A DNA stretch of 51,225 nucleotides, counting the filler, from Thelocarpon superellum (Eukaryota), in the NCBI GenBank assembly GCA_026025795.1. It is 2 parts of 2 records of this genome, joined end to end, with 100 filler letters (N's around TTAATTAATTAA, not from the genome) between each part and the next. Parts side by side here need not be neighbours in the genome. Positions count along the whole stretch, not along the records: positions 25,716 to 51,225 come from JAPEUG010000268.1; 1 more part is not named here. The stretch is one strand, 5' to 3'. Both the position numbers and the translations under genes were made by a program. Below are positions 47,101 through 51,225 of this stretch, piece after piece (position 1 is the first letter of the stretch; the number at the start of each line of letters is the position of its first letter). The notes beneath the pieces are model-generated. The model saw only the letters and a program-made list of their open reading frames with translations. It was not told where the DNA came from and did no database searches.

Positions 47101-49666
47101 GAATTCGGGTCGGCACGCTTCGCCTCCTTCTTTCCCTTCCGCCCTTCGTAATTCCCCCAGATCTGGCGACCCTTGTCCGTCTTCTTCCACATGTAGTAAT
47201 ACCGCACGACATCGCCATGCTTTTGCGTCTTGACGTGCTTGGCGATGCTGTGCAGCTCGGAGCCGTATCGGCCGACGGCCTCCTCGAAGCGCCGCGTCTC
47301 TTCCTTGTTGAAGTCGGGCTCCTTCAGATCCTTCCGTCGGTGCACCACCTTGAGCTTCTTCAACGCCGCCTCGACGTTGAAGTCGAGGTTGTTCAGGATC
47401 TCGAGCGCCTTGTCGAGGAAGTTGGTCGAGTACTCGGCGACGCCAAGGTCACGTGCCAAGCCTTTCGCTTGGTCCATGTACCGGTCCACCGTGGCCTCGC
47501 GATCCGTCACGGCCACGCGGGCATGCTGGTACTCGGCATCGTCGACGCCACGCGACTGCAGGTCGAGGCTGTGGTTGAGCTCGGGAATGACAAAGCTGGC
47601 GCGGGCGGTATTGGCGGGATCGTCGTTGGGGAGGTCTTCTCCGCGACGGATGTAGTTCGCCGGCTCGTCCATCACCCACTTCGGTCGCTTCTCTTTGGCG
47701 ATCTTCTCCGCGTCGATGGCGGCGAGGGTCTCCTTGGACAGCTTGGTGTCTTTCTTGTGACTGGTGCCCCTGGCGTACTTTTTGCGGACGTCGGCGGACT
47801 TGACGTACTCAATCGGCCGGCCCGGCCAGAGGGTCACATTGGCCTGGTGCCGCGGTCCCAGCCGCGAGCTGGCGCGTGGATAGATGCGGTCGTCGTAGTC
47901 CAGTGCGTCCTCGACCCGACAGTGGATGCCGAGATATCGATAGGGCCACTGGCGGGCGTGGGCGATCTGTTCCGCCGAGGCAGGATGGATGGACGCGTCT
48001 TCCGTTCCGGAGCTGATGGGACTGGTCCCCGCCGTCTCTCCGTTGGCCCCGGCGGCCTCCTCTTCATCCTCGTCAATCACCTCGTCCTCCTCGACCTCGG
48101 CCGCGCTCTCGCCCACGAGCGGTGTGTTGCGAGCCTCGAGCTTCTTCTCTTGCATCCGACTGCAGGGCCCGCAGGCCCAGGCAAAGCCACGCGAGGGCTT
48201 CTTGAGCAGCGGGGGCCGCACGCAGTTCATGTGGTAGGTGGAATGGCAGACGGCACACTCGACCGAGTCGTTGCTGGCACAATACCCATTGCATCGTTTA
48301 CACGACTTGACGGCGCTCGTCAGCTCCTTGCCGCGACCGATCTCGACGATGACGAATCTCCATCGCTCGTCGAGGACGCGCTTGACCTTGACGGGGACGT
48401 TGATGACTTGGCTGGTCGGGATGACCTCGTAGTAGCGATGGATGTATCGATCAAACATCTTCTCGTACCAGAAGCAGTCCTTGGTCTTCCGATATTCGTC
48501 AATGTCCTCGATCTCGCTGCGGTGCTGGATGCGGCATTTTCCCCGGAGCGAGGTCAACGGGCAGGTGTCGGAATGCATCGAGGCGAAGACGACGCGGGTG
48601 TCGGTGACCTTGCGCTGGATATCCCGGGGACGATAATACCAGTTCACGCGAATGGAGTCGACGGGGAGGTTGTGGTCATTGTCGGCGTGAAGCAACTCCA
48701 TGACGCGAGCGAGGTAGTAGGGTTCGCCTGGCGGCTCACACACGAGGTAGACATGATCTGGAGCGTCATTCAGTGGCGACCTCGGACAGGAAGGGGTGAA
48801 CCAGCGCGAGAAGACATACCGTTAACGGCCAGGGTGGTGCCATCGTCAGCTTTGATCTTGCCATGCTTGACATAGCCTTGGCTGAGCTCAAACGTGAGCA
48901 TGTTGGAGAGACGGGTGCTCGAGGTGGACGAGGTGATGGCACTCGCTCGCCTCGTCGTCGCCTGGCTGGCCAGGGCGGTGGCGGTCGGGCCGGCGCCCGT
49001 CTGCGTCGATGTCGGAGCCTTCCGCTTCTTGCTGACGGGGGCGGTCGTGGTGGTGGCGGGATTAGCGAAGAAGGACGAGGTGCCTGGGATGGTGTCCTTG
49101 CTGGACGCGGACGGCGGATGAGCAGCGGTGGTGGCGGCATTGGCGCCGCTCGCCATGGCCGCGGAGGTGCGGCGGGTGCTTATGCCAGAGGTCGTGCGGT
49201 CTCGCGTCGTCGCGTGGGTCGTGCTGGATGGATCGGCAGAGGTGGGTTTTACCGCAGCGTGGTCGGCCGGATGGGTCGCACCGCTCGTGTCGTCGTAGTC
49301 GACCTCCATCTCGCGGTCCTCGGCGTAGTTGGGTCGGACACCGCCGGTACGATTGCGCGAGCGGGTACCGTAGGGCGAGGCGCCGTTGCTGGCACCCACC
49401 GACCCATCTCGCTGCGAGGCATTGGAGGAGGCGGACGAGGTGGCCCGCATCGGCTCGGCTCGGCCGTTGGGGATGGCGGATGAGGTGGTGGGCTGTGGGC
49501 GAGCATCGGAGTGAGGGTCGTCGGGGCGGAGGAGGGATGGTGAGGAAGGATGGGAGCTCGGAATGTCTGGGCCCGGCCCATGCTCCGGTCCGGACGAAGC
49601 GACGTGCACTACCGGCGAGGGCGCGTGTGACGGCTCCGCCGTCGACATGTCGGTGACCTCCGCCAT
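44136..49666 (-). CDS. SNT2: Snt2 chromatin protein/E3 ligase (BAH, PHD, ELM2, SANT, PHD/ePHD, Pro/His-rich tail); multi-exon
   Basis: SPYGTRSRNR, BAH (CEPPGEPYYLAR...VNWYYRPRDI...ASMHSDTCPL), PHD (CAVCHSTYHMNCVRPPL), RASSRLGPRHQA, SANT, second PHD (CRECRMTVHRDCYG), NNWVHVTCAVW, end ASASPSLRNLLS*. Confidence 0.94.
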
Positions 49667-50237
49667 GACCGACCACAGACGAGCGTCTCGTCACTTGCGG
49701 ATCGGGTCGCTCGACGGACCGGCCTGGTCCGGCGAGGCGGGCGATGAACCGCACCCACCCTCGACCGGAGCAGGCGTGAAGAAGCTGGCCCAGCCGGTCG
49801 TTATGAGGAAAGTCGGCCCGGCAGCGGCGTGGCGCATGGAGGGTTATGGTGGTGGACCACCGTTCTTACATGCAGCCGGTCATGCGGTTGTGAGGTCGCA
49901 CGTAAAGAGGTCACCAGCACGACGGTAGGCGGGCGAAGACGACGATCCAGAAAAAAGTGGGCGGCGGAAGATGCGGCACTATATGGTAAGGGTCGGGCGA
50001 TCTCCACGACGGGTCCAGGTGGAAGCGAGTGTAGGAACCGTCGACTCGGTAATGGAGGGGCGAGGGATAGTCGTTACAAGTACGGAGACGTTTGGTCGAG
50101 AGGAAAAGCCGATGAGACGGGGGAGGGGGCGTACCCAAGCGCGGAGGGGGGTTGGGCGAATATCTACCTAGGGAAAGCAATGATGGGAGGGAGAATTCAT
50201 TGTGGAATGGGATGCCGAGCGCGTGGGACGGGGATGG

Positions 50238-50259
50238 GGATGGATGGATGGATGGATGG
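50238..50259. repeat. (GGAT)5 microsatellite upstream of SNT2
   Basis: Directly visible. Confidence 0.85.
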
Positions 50260-51225
50260 TCGCAGGGCTGGGCGGCGTGGTAGGAAGAGCGCGACTTTCC
50301 CCCCATTGTAAGATAGGTCGGGCCTTTTGCAGGACGAGCCCCAGTAGCAGACCCGCACCAGCACCAGCAGCCAGTGGACAACGGGGCGGATGGAGAGGGA
50401 TCGTTAGACTACTCGTAATTGGTGCTTGGTAGGGTACCGAGTTCGCCGACACATCTTCCGTAAGAGGCACAAGCTTCTTTCTACCGTGCAGGGCAGACAG
50501 GTCAAGTTGGGGAAAGGCATATTAGACTTCCGTGGGCGCCCGTTCGGCCTCCATCAGTAGTCCAGAAGGGCCGTGGAGCAGCCATGTCAAGAGCGAGCGT
50601 TTAGCGTGTAGTAGCGTCATCTGTCCGCGGCGCCAGCTCACCCTCGTCAATCGGATGCCCACTACGGAAGACTGCTACTGCGAGGCCTCCCCAGTGCTGC
50701 TGTGAGTACTGGTAACGAGCAGGAACTCGGCCAGCGAACGCGACCGCGACGGCGAGCGAGTAGTCATGAAGATTCCCCGGTAGTCCCGGTCGGCGTACCT
50801 CCACGAGAGCCCGACCGCCATGGTCGGAAGACATGGCCACCTGCCCGGAAATAGGCTTGCGGAGACTGATTTACTAACTCTCGACCGAGTACCTACACGT
50901 ACGTGAGACAATTCCGAAGAAAGAAGCAGGATGTGCGTGTGTGCGTGTGTGTGTGCTGGCCCCTCCGCTCCACCGCCGGCTTTCATCACGCCCCGGACGC
51001 ATCGGCGGTGAACCTGTCCGATGGCCAGTAGGCTACAGCCTCCGCGATCGGACCAAGCGTTGTACGTTGAGCATCAACTGGGCTGGCTTACTCGACCTGT
51101 CGTTCTCGGCTTGCGAACCGGTCTACCTTCATTCCCTCAGACCACGACGAGGCTGGATGGGGCAGCGACTAGGGATACCCTTGTGACGTCAAACGGGAGG
51201 AACTTCTACGTAGCATGCAGTGAAC

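Noticed and set aside
49667..51225. ORFs upstream of SNT2
   Set aside because: Low-complexity, microsatellite-containing promoter/UTR sequence with no protein motifs.

Overview
GC-rich, intron-containing genomic DNA from a filamentous ascomycete (Pezizomycotina), with short GT-AG introns and CTRAC branch points. It holds about 21 protein-coding loci. Left of a 100-nt artificial join (N44-TTAATTAATTAA-N44, 25616-25715): SPO22/ZIP4 (5' part), an AcuM/Rds2-type Zn2Cys6 factor, a probably secreted L-amino-acid oxidase, CENP-Q, an Ino2/Ino4-like bHLH factor, a TMEM135-like membrane protein, COX11, MSF1, DIC1 and RFC1. Right of the join: the truncated end of a HET-E/NWD-type NLR WD40 repeat array, RPP0, TRM82, HEM12, MEX67, then an apparent accessory block (Soa1/AstA-like MFS transporter divergent from a TauD/Jlp1 dioxygenase, a truncated DUF4267 gene, a small tandem GRF-like zinc-finger ORF), ERV46 and SNT2. 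Exon boundaries were traced by hand, and identities come from recognised motifs, not database searches. I cannot demonstrate a wholly new system. The best leads are the NLR repeat fragment, the sulfonate-scavenging block, two CACGTG clusters, a 5-nt micro-exon with a possible alternative splicing route, and a Met-His-Gly repeat micro-ORF. No tRNA, rRNA, CRISPR array or intact transposon was recognised.
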